NCBI GenBank assembly: GCA_040384945.1
Contig: JAZKII010000058.1
Coordinates: forward strand, 1 to 61,242
Length of the DNA: 61,242 nucleotides
From: Pseudomonadota bacterium
Lineage (GTDB): Bacteria; Pseudomonadota; Alphaproteobacteria; Rickettsiales; UBA1997
Direction of reading: 5' to 3'
A model generated the notes under the pieces. It saw only the letters and a program-made list of their open reading frames with translations, searched no databases and had not been told where the DNA came from. The position numbers and the translations under genes are program-made. Shown one piece after another: positions 61,194-61,242 of this stretch (the first letter of the stretch is position 1; each line of letters begins with the position of its first letter).

Positions 61194-61242
61194 AGGTCAT
61201 CGAGCAAAGCACGAAGTGCGTCGTCGAGATGCTGGCTCGATG
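61194..61242. repeat. Family-C palindromic element, one arm only (cut by the window end)
   Basis: aggtcatcgagcaaagcacgaagtgcgtcgtcgagatgctggctcgatg is the reverse complement of 1-47, apart from one or two mismatches. Confidence 0.8.

Noticed and set aside
1-61242. Dispersed palindromic repeats (families A-D) as a possible CRISPR array
   Set aside because: The copies are scattered kilobases apart and belong to different families. They show no regular repeat-spacer periodicity, and no cas genes are present.
1-61242. The window being a closed circular replicon because its ends are complementary repeat arms
   Set aside because: The content is ordinary chromosomal housekeeping genes with no replication or partition genes. 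Joining the ends would place the arms in the wrong order for a single element. A contig break in a repeat is more likely.

Overview
This is an AT-rich chromosomal window, roughly mid-30s %GC by eye. All homology calls were made by eye from the ORF translations, with no searches run. The source looks like an intracellular Rickettsiales/Holosporales-like proteobacterium. That is an inference from a short archaeal/Rickettsia-type ValRS, an ankyrin gene, and palindromic elements read in frame inside essential genes.

Housekeeping backbone: bamB, valS, an HxlR regulator, yceI, cydAB, rnd, nagZ, hisB, sod, two glycosyltransferases, polA, a GST, an AmgK-like kinase, tatC, an H1-like protein, an ELM1-like gene, coaD, rlmH, mnmE and argC.

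Two accessory islands lie back to back between cydB and rnd:
- Island 1 (about 7.95-27.0 kb) holds a 4285-aa RTX/cadherin-like protein with an embedded subtilisin/P-domain module, plus its type I secretion genes (TolC, a PrtD-type ABC, a HlyD-type MFP). A four-helix-bundle 'IVS protein' cassette flanked by inverted heptamer arrays sits inside that operon.
- Island 2 (about 27.2-35.6 kb) holds an ankyrin gene bracketed by 24-bp inverted repeats. It also holds a tandem family of Sec-signal proteins behind a conserved ~125-bp leader. Two of these each directly precede a leaderless, catalytically intact M23 peptidase gene. One M23 gene encodes an 1104-aa protein with a proline-rich repeat region and a C-terminal TM anchor.
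- The islands meet at a chimeric rnd-3'/cydB-3' scar. Its cydB part differs from the real gene only by synonymous changes.

Elsewhere, a 2424-aa protein with a TrbL/VirB6-like polytopic core is followed 7 nt later by a type IV pilin-like gene. At least four families of palindromic repeats are dispersed through the window, two of them in frame in valS and polA, and both window ends fall inside one family.

The best candidates for an undescribed system are the signal-peptide-protein/M23 array (effector-immunity-like) and the giant VirB6-like/pilin pair. No rRNA, tRNA, CRISPR array, integrase or transposase was recognised.
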